A DNA stretch of 32,000 bases from Erysipelotrichaceae bacterium (GCA_030604855.1 JAUVVC010000007.1:30001-62000), one strand, 5' to 3'; counted from the stretch's first letter, positions 20,799 through 28,819 are shown. Notes: generated from the letters alone by a model not told the origin. Numbers and translations are program-made.

Positions 20799-20801
20799 GT
20801 C

Positions 20802-20828
20802 TATTTTCTGAAAGTTTTCTGAAAGTTA
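20802..20828. promoter_or_regulatory. Tandem CodY-box-like operator (TTTTCTGAAAG x2)
   Basis: TATTTTCTGAAAGTTTTCTGAAAGTTAT. Each half matches the CodY consensus AATTTTCWGAAAATT at 13/15 (TATTTTCTGAAAGTT) or 12/15 (AGTTTTCTGAAAGTT). The 23-mer at 20802-20824 is identical to 23027-23049. It ends 3 nt from the predicted -35. Confidence 0.6.
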
Positions 20829-20906
20829 TTCTTTTTTTCGTTGCTCATCTCAGCAGAAACATGGTGATGAACATGGATAGGCTTAGTAAAGGTCGGAAAG
20901 AAAAGC

Positions 20907-22523
20907 CTAACCCAAACTTCCTCTGAGTTTTCCAAGTTTAACAATCCATTCCTTCAATATCTTCATTTCTTCTTCGTGATCGTCAAACAAGTCCTTCTGC
21001 TTACCCAAATTATGCAATAGAATCGGTCGTATCGCTTTAAGCAAGGTATGATAGAAAGCATCTTCACGATACGCTTCATCGGGTTCTTTTAAATGCAGAT
21101 ATTCGATCGCATACAACACATCCTTTTGATAGGCTTCACGTACACGTTCATCCAGAATTCCTCGACTTACTTTTTGGTTCATGTATTTGAGCGCGAAGTT
21201 CAAATCATGTTTCAGTTGCGGATAGGCTTGCAACAGTTCTTTCATACCCTCTTGTCCAAATTTCTCGTTGATCTCATGGAGACCTCTACCAACGCCAATG
21301 AACTCCGGAGGCATGCCAATCGTATATAAAGCAGCGGTAAAACTAATGGCACGTGGGACCGTGCAATGAATGTCGGTATCGATTGCCAAAAGCTCTGCTT
21401 TCAAAGTCGCATCCTCGGTAAGTTCTGCAATTTCAGCCATATGTGCGATTTCACGTACATATTCTAGTCCGGTACGGGAGCTTGCCAAACGGTCACGGTT
21501 TCGTGGTATCAGTTTGGTGATTTCTTCAAGGGGTGAGATCATATCGACAAATGTCGTCATGTAGTGTTTTGTAAAGATTGCGATCATTTCTTGAAGTCGC
21601 TTGATCTCTTGATGCGTAAAAGTTCGGGCTTCTGTTAGGGATGCCTCCACATTCAAGCGATTAACGAGCTTCTTGGTTTCGCTGGATCCGTGGTCGTAAC
21701 GCATTCCTGATTGAATGGTAAAGGTACGAATTCCCCCATAGGTTTCCAAGATGCGATCGACGTTCTTCAGATCCAAGTGACCGCGAAAAGGCAAGGCTCC
21801 ACATCCCAATATCGGGCTGATTTCGACGCCGAGTTCATTGGCAATAGCTTGTGACTTATGAATCGCAATGATGACCGAAAGCACGGAAGCCATCATGCCG
21901 TATGACATGGCTGAATCCGAACGTGCAAACATGACACGAAGCCGCTCAGGCATGACCTGCTTCGTTTTGAGTTCGTTGAGATACGTTTTGAGGATTTGAT
22001 CCACTTGAAGTAAAGCTGGGACACTTTCGATCAAAGGAATCAATCGGATCGTGTAGGGTTCAAACTGAATCGAATAGTTCTTATTCCCCAACTCAATGAC
22101 GGAATTGATGCGCTCTTGAATCTGAAGCATTTCTTCGCCACTTTCAATCATTGGAACGATGGTTTCAAATATACTTTGACCTTTGTTCGCGTCGAAACAT
22201 AAGATATTGGTTTCAACCAAAGACATGATGCTCATCAATTGACGGAAAACCGGCTCCTTTTTCGCATTCGGAATTCGGGGTGTGATAAACGCATCTTGAC
22301 CTAACTTCATATCTTTCTGGATCAAGCCCATTGCGACTTGCGAAGTCTGATGATAAGGTGTCATCTTGCCTTCAAAGTCAATCATGACTTCTTCAATGCC
22401 TAAACCACCTCTTTCTTGTCCAAGGCAAGCGATAATGGCTTCTTCCGGTTCTGCTTGAATGGTGATGTATTGGTCTGCGTTATCTGGATGCTGTGTCGCC
22501 ATTGTGCTGGGTGTTGTTTTCAT
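20907..22523 (-). CDS. ppcA: Archaeal-type (PepcA-like, ~540 aa) phosphoenolpyruvate carboxylase
   Basis: 538 aa. The N-terminal motif STMATQHPDN and the size match the short atypical PEPC family, not the ~900-aa bacterial Ppc. GGAGG SD. Confidence 0.8.
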   Translation of the reverse strand: MKTTPSTMATQHPDNADQYITIQAEPEEAIIACLGQERGGLGIEEVMIDFEGKMTPYHQTSQVAMGLIQKDMKLGQDAFITPRIPNAKKEPVFRQLMSIMSLVETNILCFDANKGQSIFETIVPMIESGEEMLQIQERINSVIELGNKNYSIQFEPYTIRLIPLIESVPALLQVDQILKTYLNELKTKQVMPERLRVMFARSDSAMSYGMMASVLSVIIAIHKSQAIANELGVEISPILGCGALPFRGHLDLKNVDRILETYGGIRTFTIQSGMRYDHGSSETKKLVNRLNVEASLTEARTFTHQEIKRLQEMIAIFTKHYMTTFVDMISPLEEITKLIPRNRDRLASSRTGLEYVREIAHMAEIAELTEDATLKAELLAIDTDIHCTVPRAISFTAALYTIGMPPEFIGVGRGLHEINEKFGQEGMKELLQAYPQLKHDLNFALKYMNQKVSRGILDERVREAYQKDVLYAIEYLHLKEPDEAYREDAFYHTLLKAIRPILLHNLGKQKDLFDDHEEEMKILKEWIVKLGKLRGSLG

Positions 22524-22537
22524 TTCTTTCCTCCAAT

Positions 22538-22564
22538 AAAAAAAGTCGAATCATAAAATTCGGC
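22538..22564 (-). terminator. Weak terminator or attenuator-like hairpin with T7 tract between the DUF2294 gene and ppcA
   Basis: Minus strand: GCCGAAU-UUUAUG-AUUCGAC (7 bp with one mismatch) then UUUUUUUAUU. The tract ends ~15 nt before the ppcA ATG, at its SD. Confidence 0.4.
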
Positions 22565-22607
22565 TTACAAGTTGACTGGTCTGACCCTTCAATCGTCTTC
22601 CGTGTGT

Positions 22608-22961
22608 TTATTCAGTTTCAATATCCTTGTCCGCAATCAAGACGATGATCTTCTCACCCGTTACGGTGCTCACGTCCGAATGAACGCTGATGAACTGGAT
22701 ATTGAGAACGGATTGAACCGTTTCAATAAGTTGTGTCTGTGCATTCTCAAACAATGCACGACGATGTTGCTTGATTAACTCAACGCCTTCTTTTGTAGAA
22801 GCCAAATTCTTCTCTGAAACGCTTAAAAACCCTTTGAGTCGAATGATTATCATATCATGTACGATGTTCGTTCGAATCTTCTCAGGACCTCGTCCCATAT
22901 ACTCGACTTCAAATTTACTCATTGCTTCGCTGATTCTCGCTTCAATTTGTCCTTTTGTCAT
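22608..22961 (-). CDS. DUF2294 (MpsC-like) family small protein
   Basis: 117 aa. MTKGQIEARISEAMSKFEVEYMGRGPEKIRT.I..DMIIIRLKG.L...E..L......ELIKQ.R..L matches my recollection of the DUF2294 family pattern. AGAGGA SD. Confidence 0.7.
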   Translation of the reverse strand: MTKGQIEARISEAMSKFEVEYMGRGPEKIRTNIVHDMIIIRLKGFLSVSEKNLASTKEGVELIKQHRRALFENAQTQLIETVQSVLNIQFISVHSDVSTVTGEKIIVLIADKDIETE

Positions 22962-22988
22962 CGTTGTCCTCTGCTTGTGGATTAAGCA

Positions 22989-23007
22989 AGATTATCTTAG
23001 ATTATCT
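22989..23007. repeat. Two tandem copies (10-bp period) of the 9-bp palindrome AGATTATCT
   Basis: AGATTATCT-T-AGATTATCT, read directly, 28-46 nt upstream of the DUF2294 start codon. Confidence 0.7.
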
Positions 23008-23024
23008 GCGTATGAAATACAAGA

Positions 23025-23054
23025 AATATTTTCTGAAAGTTTTCTGAAAATATT
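23025..23054. promoter_or_regulatory. 30-bp quasi-palindrome containing two CodY-box-like motifs
   Basis: AATATTTTCTGAAAGTTTTCTGAAAATATT. Arms AATATTTTC.GAAA / TTTC.GAAAATATT are self-complementary. Boxes TATTTTCTGAAAGTT and AGTTTTCTGAAAATA each match 13/15 of AATTTTCWGAAAATT. Overlaps the -35 of the aminotransferase promoter by 2 nt. Confidence 0.65.
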
Positions 23055-23081
23055 GTCAGTATGCACAAGATGTGTTTTAAT
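23053..23081 (+). promoter_or_regulatory. Predicted sigma-A promoter of the aminotransferase gene (extended -10)
   Basis: -35 TTGTCA (23053-23058), 17-nt spacer, TGt-TTTAAT (23073-23081). GAGGT SD 6 nt before the ATG at 23107. Confidence 0.6.
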
Positions 23082-23106
23082 TGAAACATTAAGTTGAGGT
23101 AAAGCC

Positions 23107-24285
23107 ATGGACTATCGCTTCGCTCGTCGAGCTACATTGACACAAGACTCCTTCATTACAGAAATCTTTAAGTATTTACAAGATAAGGAGGTTATCTCAT
23201 TTTCAGGTGGATTCCCAAACCCTTTGACATTTCCATTGACTGAATTACAAGTCAGTGCGCAGAAGGTTTTCCTCAATGAAGGCTCGTCTGTTTTACAATA
23301 CGCGACGACCAATGGGGATCTGGATTTACGTCGATTCATCTCTGAGCGTTATCATGTCCGCCAAAGCATCGAAATTCCTGCGGATCAAATCCTGATCACT
23401 AGTGGATCCCAGCAAGCACTCGACTACATTGGTAAAGTCTTTCTTGAACCCGGTGATACAATCTTGATTGAAGAACCTTCCTATCTTGGGGCCATACAAA
23501 CCTTCACCTCATATGAAGTGGATATTCAAACGGTGAAGTTAGAGGAAGATGGTATTGATCTTATCGATCTTGAGGCAAAAATCATACATCATAACCCTAA
23601 ATTGATATACCTGATTCCAAGTTTTCAGAACCCCAGTGGAATCTCATACAGCCAAGACAAACGCAAGGCTGTTGCAAAGATGCTTGATAAACACAATGTC
23701 ATCTTAATCGAAGATGACCCTTATAATGAACTTTATTATAAAGGAAGCGTCCAACAGCCCATCAGCTCATACTTAAAGGATAAATCGCTCTTATTAGGTA
23801 GCTTCTCGAAGACCATTTCGCCCGGGATGCGGGTCGGGTGGGTCTGCGCAAGCATAGAGGTATACAAGAAATTGTTTACTGCGAAAGAAGCCAGCGATCT
23901 ACACTCAAGCTCATTGGACCAAAGAATTTTAGTCAACTATTTGATAGACAATGACTATGATGAACATCTCAATGCACTTCGCACACGTTATGCCCTCCAA
24001 CATCAAATCATGTTGGATGCGATTGCTCGCTACTTCCCTAAAGAAGTCAAAGTGTATCCGAGCAGTGGTGGGATGTTTGTTTGGTTGGAACTGCCTGAAG
24101 GCATGTCTTCCGTCAAACTATTCTATGAAGCCGTTAAAGATAAAGTCGTCTTCGTACCTGGTGATCCGTTTTACGTAAACAAGAAGCATGCCAACTCCCT
24201 TCGATTAAGTTTTGCGAATGAAACAGCAGAACGTATCACTGAAGGCATTCGACGCTTAGGCAATCTTATCCAACAAAGCATTTAA
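23107..24285 (+). CDS. PLP-dependent aminotransferase, class I/II fold, ARO8/LysN-like subgroup
   Basis: 392 aa. ITSGSQQALD, PSFQNPSG, EDDPYNELYY, and the PLP-lysine motif GSFSKTISPGMRVGW. Only + strand gene in the window. Confidence 0.85.
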   Translation: MDYRFARRATLTQDSFITEIFKYLQDKEVISFSGGFPNPLTFPLTELQVSAQKVFLNEGSSVLQYATTNGDLDLRRFISERYHVRQSIEIPADQILITSGSQQALDYIGKVFLEPGDTILIEEPSYLGAIQTFTSYEVDIQTVKLEEDGIDLIDLEAKIIHHNPKLIYLIPSFQNPSGISYSQDKRKAVAKMLDKHNVILIEDDPYNELYYKGSVQQPISSYLKDKSLLLGSFSKTISPGMRVGWVCASIEVYKKLFTAKEASDLHSSSLDQRILVNYLIDNDYDEHLNALRTRYALQHQIMLDAIARYFPKEVKVYPSSGGMFVWLELPEGMSSVKLFYEAVKDKVVFVPGDPFYVNKKHANSLRLSFANETAERITEGIRRLGNLIQQSI

Positions 24286-24308
24286 AGACATCCTCTGGAT
24301 GTCTTTTT
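24285..24308 (+). terminator. Rho-independent terminator after the aminotransferase gene
   Basis: AAGACATCC-TCT-GGATGTCTT then TTTGC. 9-bp perfect stem starting within the stop codon. Confidence 0.8.
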
Positions 24309-24317
24309 GCATAGATA

Positions 24318-24341
24318 GAAAAAAGCCAGTTTGCACTGGCT
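24318..24341 (-). terminator. Rho-independent terminator after tuf
   Basis: Minus strand: AGCCAGU-GCAA-ACUGGCU then UUUUUUCUAUC. Lies 18 nt downstream of the tuf stop. Confidence 0.8.
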
Positions 24342-24358
24342 TTAAGCTTTTTGACTGA

Positions 24359-25543
24359 TTAAGCGATGATGGAAATAACGTTTCCAGCACCGACAGTACG
24401 GCCACCTTCACGGATGGAGAAAGTCGTACCTTGTTCAACAGCGATAGGAGCGATCAAAGTAACTTCCATTTCGACGTTGTCACCTGGCATAACCATTTCA
24501 ACGCCTTCTGGCAATTTGATAACACCCGTAACGTCTGTCGTACGGAAGTAGAATTGAGGACGGTAGTTCGCAACGAATGGTGTGTGACGTCCGCCTTCTT
24601 CTTTACTCAAAACGTAAACTTGCGCCTTGAATTGAGTGTGAGGTTTAACGGATCCTGGTTTTGCCAAGACTTGTCCACGTTCAATTTCGTCACGGTTGAC
24701 ACCACGGAGCAATGCACCGATGTTATCACCAGCAGAAGCGAAGTCCAACAATTTACGGAACATTTCGATACCCGTAACAACGGTTTTCTTTGTGTCATGC
24801 AAACCAACGATTTCAACTTCTTCAGACAATTTCAACATACCACGTTCAACACGACCTGTCGCAACAGTACCACGACCTGTGATTGTGAAGACATCTTCAA
24901 CGCTCATCAAGAAAGGTTTGTCCGTTTCACGAACTGGGTTAGGAATGTATGCATCAACTGCATCCATCAATTCGCCCAATTTAGCTTCCCATTTTGGATC
25001 GCCTTCGCCGCCCTTAAGAGCAGAACCACGGATAACTGGCGCATTATCGCCATCAAAACCGTTAGCACTCAAGAGTTCACGAACTTCCATTTCAACTAAA
25101 TCGATCAATTCTTCATCATCGACCATATCGCACTTGTTCAAGAAGACAACCATGTATGGTACACCAACTTGGTGTGCCAACAAGATGTGTTCGCGAGTTT
25201 GTGGCATTGGTCCGTCTGTTGCGGCTACGACCAAGATCGCACCGTCCATTTGAGCAGCACCGGTGATCATGTTCTTAACATAGTCGGCGTGTCCTGGGCA
25301 GTCTACGTGTGCGTAGTGACGAGCAGCAGTTTGGTACTCAACGTGAGCGGTATTGATGGTGATACCACGAGCTTTTTCTTCAGGTGCACCATCGATTTGG
25401 TCATATGCCATTACTTTAGCACCACCGGACTTAGCCAAGTAATGCGTGATCGCTGCCGTTAAAGTAGTTTTACCGTGGTCAACGTGGCCAATGGTTCCAA
25501 TATTTACGTGCGGTTTGGATCGGTCAAATTTTTCTTTTCCCAT
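24359..25543 (-). CDS. tuf: Elongation factor Tu
   Basis: 394 aa. [25 protein letters not shown] motifs. Confidence 0.97.
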   Translation of the reverse strand: MGKEKFDRSKPHVNIGTIGHVDHGKTTLTAAITHYLAKSGGAKVMAYDQIDGAPEEKARGITINTAHVEYQTAARHYAHVDCPGHADYVKNMITGAAQMDGAILVVAATDGPMPQTREHILLAHQVGVPYMVVFLNKCDMVDDEELIDLVEMEVRELLSANGFDGDNAPVIRGSALKGGEGDPKWEAKLGELMDAVDAYIPNPVRETDKPFLMSVEDVFTITGRGTVATGRVERGMLKLSEEVEIVGLHDTKKTVVTGIEMFRKLLDFASAGDNIGALLRGVNRDEIERGQVLAKPGSVKPHTQFKAQVYVLSKEEGGRHTPFVANYRPQFYFRTTDVTGVIKLPEGVEMVMPGDNVEMEVTLIAPIAVEQGTTFSIREGGRTVGAGNVISIIA

Positions 25544-25587
25544 AATCTTAAATTTCCTCCTAATTGGTTTTTGTAAAATGCAATTCT

Positions 25588-25616
25588 ATTTTATGCTAAT
25601 CCCTAGTATAAATCAA
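25588..25616 (-). promoter_or_regulatory. Predicted internal promoter for tuf in the fusA-tuf spacer
   Basis: Minus strand: -35 TTGATT (25616-25611), 17 nt, -10 TAAAAT (25593-25588). Followed by a GGAGG SD. Confidence 0.5.
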
Positions 25617-25619
25617 GGA

Positions 25620-27698
25620 CTAGTTACTGCTTGCGTTCTTTTTGGCAACCTTTTCAGCAATGGACTTTGGAACTTCACTGTAGTGGTCGAAAGTCATCGC
25701 ATAGGTACCACGACCTTGCGTGAATGAACGAAGATCGGTTGCATATCCAAACATTTCGGATAGTGGAATCTCAGACTTGACGATGATCGCGTTGCCACGT
25801 TCTTCTTGGTCTTTGATAACACCACGACGGCTGGATACGTCACCCATAACAGAACCCAAATATTCATTTGGTGCTGTGACTTCAACGGACATGATTGGTT
25901 CAAGTAGAACCGGATTACATTTCTTAGCTGCTTCTTTGAGTGCTAAGGAACCCGCTACTTTATACGCCATTTCCGAGGAGTCGACGTCATGGTAGGATCC
26001 ATCAAACAAGGTAGCCTTGATGTCGATGACAGGATATCCAGCAATCAGGCCATTAGCCAAGGATGATTCGATACCTTCCATCGTAGGCTTGATGTATTCG
26101 CGTGGAACGGTTCCACCAACGATGCCGTCAACGAAAGTAAAGCCTTTACCCGTCTCATTGGGTTCAAATTTGACCCAAACATGACCGTATTGACCACGTC
26201 CGCCCGACTGACGAACGAATTTACCTTCACATTCAGCTGCTGCACGAATGGTTTCGCGGTAAGCAACTTGTGGAGCACCAACATTGGCTTCAACTTTGAA
26301 TTCACGCTTCATACGATCGACTAAGATATCCAAGTGCAACTCACCCATACCGGCAATGATGGTTTGACCCGTTTCATGATCGGTAAAGGTTCTGAACGTT
26401 GGATCTTCTTCAGCCAACTTACTCAACGCCAGACCCATCTTATCTTGGTCACCCTTTGATTTAGGCTCAATGGCAACGTTGATAACAGGTTCGGGGAAAG
26501 TCATGGACTCAAGAATGATCGCATTCTTCTCATCACACAAGGTGTCGCCCGTCGTCGTATTCTTCAAACCAACCGCAGCTGCGATGTCACCGGAATAGAC
26601 TTGTTGAATCTCTTGACGGTGATTGGCATGCATCTGCATGATGCGTCCGAAACGTTCACGAACATCTTTTGTAGAGTTGAATACATAAGAACCCGAAGTA
26701 ATGGTTCCTGAATAAACACGGAAATAGGTTAGACGTCCAACAAATGGATCCGTCATGACTTTAAATGCCAACGAAGAGAATGGTTCTTCATCACTGCTGT
26801 GACGAACATCTTCTTCACCATCCATGGTTACACCTGTGATTGCAGGGACATCTAATGGAGAAGGCAAGTAATCCACAACTGCATCCAACATTGCTGTAAC
26901 ACCCTTATTCTTATAGGATGCACCGCAAAGAACTGGATAGAATTCACCCGTGATGGTAGCTTTACGGATCGCAGCCTTGATTTCTTCAACCGTTGGCTCT
27001 TCACCTTCTAGAATCTTCATCACGAGATCATCATCATAGTCCGCGACCATTTCGATCAAGGCATGACGATACTTTTCAACTTCTTCTTTCATTTCTGCAG
27101 GAATATCGGTAAAGGTATCTTCCTTTTCCTTTGCGCCTGAGAAAATGCGAGCTTTTAATTCAACCAAATCAATCAAACCATCAAAGTAGTTCTCAGCACC
27201 GATCGGTAATTGGATCGGAGTCGCTTTAGCACCTAAACGTGTTTGCAAAGATCTGAAAGACATGTAGAAATCTGCACCGGTCGCATCCAACTTATTGACG
27301 AAAACGATACGAGGCACACCATACTTTGTCGCTTGACGCCATACGGTTTCAGTTTGAGGTTCAACCCCAGACTTACCATCTAAGACAGTGACCGCACCAT
27401 CCAAGACACGCAAGGACCGTTCAACTTCAACAGTGAAGTCGACGTGACCCGGTGTATCGATGACATTGATACGGTGACCCTTCCAATGAGCAGTCGTAGC
27501 AGCGGATGTGATGGTGATCCCACGTTCTTGTTCTTGAGCCATCCAGTCCATGGTCGCTGCGCCATCATGAACCTCACCAATTTTATGTGTTACGCCTGTG
27601 TAGTAGAGAATACGTTCCGTCGTTGTGGTCTTACCCGCATCGATATGGGCCATAATCCCGATATTACGTGTATTCTTAATAGAATATTCACGTGCCAT
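25620..27698 (-). CDS. fusA: Elongation factor G
   Basis: 692 aa. [24 protein letters not shown]. Confidence 0.97.
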   Translation of the reverse strand: MAREYSIKNTRNIGIMAHIDAGKTTTTERILYYTGVTHKIGEVHDGAATMDWMAQEQERGITITSAATTAHWKGHRINVIDTPGHVDFTVEVERSLRVLDGAVTVLDGKSGVEPQTETVWRQATKYGVPRIVFVNKLDATGADFYMSFRSLQTRLGAKATPIQLPIGAENYFDGLIDLVELKARIFSGAKEKEDTFTDIPAEMKEEVEKYRHALIEMVADYDDDLVMKILEGEEPTVEEIKAAIRKATITGEFYPVLCGASYKNKGVTAMLDAVVDYLPSPLDVPAITGVTMDGEEDVRHSSDEEPFSSLAFKVMTDPFVGRLTYFRVYSGTITSGSYVFNSTKDVRERFGRIMQMHANHRQEIQQVYSGDIAAAVGLKNTTTGDTLCDEKNAIILESMTFPEPVINVAIEPKSKGDQDKMGLALSKLAEEDPTFRTFTDHETGQTIIAGMGELHLDILVDRMKREFKVEANVGAPQVAYRETIRAAAECEGKFVRQSGGRGQYGHVWVKFEPNETGKGFTFVDGIVGGTVPREYIKPTMEGIESSLANGLIAGYPVIDIKATLFDGSYHDVDSSEMAYKVAGSLALKEAAKKCNPVLLEPIMSVEVTAPNEYLGSVMGDVSSRRGVIKDQEERGNAIIVKSEIPLSEMFGYATDLRSFTQGRGTYAMTFDHYSEVPKSIAEKVAKKNASSN

Positions 27699-27736
27699 AA
27701 TATGTAGCCTCCTTTCCTAGTAAACCTCGCACTATC

Positions 27737-28207
27737 TTACCAACGGTAATGAGCAAAGGCTTTATTTGCTTCAGCCATACGGTGGATATCATCACGTTTC
27801 TTAACGGATGCTCCTGTTCCATTGGCCGCATCTACGATTTCATTCGCTAAACGAAGTTCCATTGTTTTTTCGTTACGCAAACGAGCGTAGTTCACCAACC
27901 AACGTAAACCCAAAGTCAAACGACGTTCTGCAGATACTTCTACCGGTACTTGGTAGTTGGATCCACCGACACGACGTGCCTTTAGTTCTAACATCGGCAT
28001 GATGTTGGAAAGTGCTTGTTCAAAGACTTCCATCGGATTGCGTCCTGTTTTTGCTTCGATCTTATCGAAAGCATCGTATAGGATGGTTTGCGCGACGCCA
28101 CGTTTACCATCAATCATGATTTTATTAATTAAACGAGTAACCAGCTTTGAGTTGTAAATTGGATCGACCAATACTTCTCGCTTGGCTATATAACCTTTTC
28201 TTGGCAT
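27737..28207 (-). CDS. rpsG: 30S ribosomal protein S7
   Basis: 156 aa. [36 protein letters not shown]...Y. Confidence 0.95.
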   Translation of the reverse strand: MPRKGYIAKREVLVDPIYNSKLVTRLINKIMIDGKRGVAQTILYDAFDKIEAKTGRNPMEVFEQALSNIMPMLELKARRVGGSNYQVPVEVSAERRLTLGLRWLVNYARLRNEKTMELRLANEIVDAANGTGASVKKRDDIHRMAEANKAFAHYRW

Positions 28208-28221
28208 GGTTCAATACCTCC

Positions 28222-28641
28222 TTACTTGCCTGCTTTAGGACGTTTTACGCCATAAAGTGAACGGCCTTGTTTGCGGTTGTTGACACCAGCACAGTCCAAT
28301 GTTCCACGAATGATGTGGTAACGGACCCCTGGTAAATCTTTTACACGACCTCCACGAATCAAGACGACGCTGTGTTCTTGTAGATTATGACCGATCCCTG
28401 GGATATAGGCCATGACTTCCATTCCATTGCTCAAACGTACACGCGCATATTTACGCAAAGCAGAGTTTGGCTTCTTCGGTGTCATCGTCCCTACACGAGT
28501 ACAAACACCTCGTTTTTGTGGGGAAGAGATGTCAGTTGGGCGACGTTGCAATGTATTCAAGCCTCTGTTTAATGCAGGCGACTTTGATTTGTATGTTTTG
28601 TTTACACGACCTTGACTGACCAATTGGTTGATTGTAGGCAT
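28222..28641 (-). CDS. rpsL: 30S ribosomal protein S12
   Basis: 139 aa. MPTINQL...[61 protein letters not shown]. Confidence 0.97.
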   Translation of the reverse strand: MPTINQLVSQGRVNKTYKSKSPALNRGLNTLQRRPTDISSPQKRGVCTRVGTMTPKKPNSALRKYARVRLSNGMEVMAYIPGIGHNLQEHSVVLIRGGRVKDLPGVRYHIIRGTLDCAGVNNRKQGRSLYGVKRPKAGK

Positions 28642-28771
28642 ACGCTACTCCTTTCTTTCCTTTGCACACACTTCCGGGTGTGCCTAACTTTTCTACAAAA
28701 TGATATTTCCCTTTCAGGAAATGTCATTTCATAAGCTAGTAAATAATAAATGTTTTTAGAATGCTTGTCAA
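28642..28771 (-). promoter_or_regulatory. str-operon promoter and structured ~95-nt rpsL leader
   Basis: Minus strand: -35 TTGACA (28771-28766), 17 nt, -10 TATTAT (28748-28743). The leader holds a 13-bp hairpin with one mismatch (28698-28729) and a 6-bp GC hairpin GCACAC/GTGTGC (28664-28683). Confidence 0.65.
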
Positions 28772-28782
28772 TACATAGTGAA

Positions 28783-28814
28783 GTGAAACGCCTGAATATT
28801 TTCAAGCGTTTCAC
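28783..28814 (-). terminator. Long hairpin directly after the rpoC stop (no canonical U-tract)
   Basis: GTGAAACGC-x-TGAA-loop4-TTCA-x-GCGTTTCAC (13 bp with one internal mismatch) starting 5 nt after the stop. The downstream sequence TTCACTATG is not U-rich, so terminator function is uncertain. Confidence 0.45.
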
Positions 28815-28819
28815 ATTTA

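Noticed and set aside
20809-20824. Reading TGAAAGTTTTCTGA as a CcpA catabolite-responsive element (cre).
   Set aside because: It lacks the central CG and the terminal C of the cre consensus (TGWAANCGNTNWCA), with about 4 mismatches. The CodY-box reading fits much better (12-13 of 15 per box).
20804-20825. Tandem 11-bp repeat as a possible CRISPR or minisatellite.
   Set aside because: There are only two units with no spacers, the repeat is far too short, and there are no cas genes. An operator interpretation is preferred.
20857-20876. Direct repeat AACATGG-N5-AACATGG between ppcA and the CodY-like boxes.
   Set aside because: Only 7 bp, with no second occurrence elsewhere in the window. Not enough evidence to call it a binding site.
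16461-24285. Interpreting citrate synthase, aconitase, IDH and the LysN-like aminotransferase as an alpha-aminoadipate lysine pathway (homocitrate synthase, homoaconitase, homoisocitrate dehydrogenase).
   Set aside because: The condensing enzyme has the citrate synthase fold motifs (HGGAN, GHAVY), not the IPMS/homocitrate synthase fold. The adjacent PEP carboxylase fits oxaloacetate supply for the TCA branch.
24431-25099. Long + strand ORFs antisense to tuf (222 aa at 24431-25099; 185 aa at 24696-25253). Similar antisense ORFs lie opposite rpsE/rplR (8041-8577), rpoC (29861-30346, 31194-31730), secY, rplB and others.
   Set aside because: Each lies entirely opposite a strongly conserved, well-supported gene. 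None has an SD or recognisable motifs, and compositions are odd (Phe/Thr/Asn- or Ser-rich). This is the usual stop-poor antisense frame of highly expressed genes.
28602-28814. 70-aa minus-strand ORF in the rpoC-rpsL spacer.
   Set aside because: It spans the promoter, leader hairpins and SD of rpsL and overlaps the rpsL start. It has no SD and an implausible composition.
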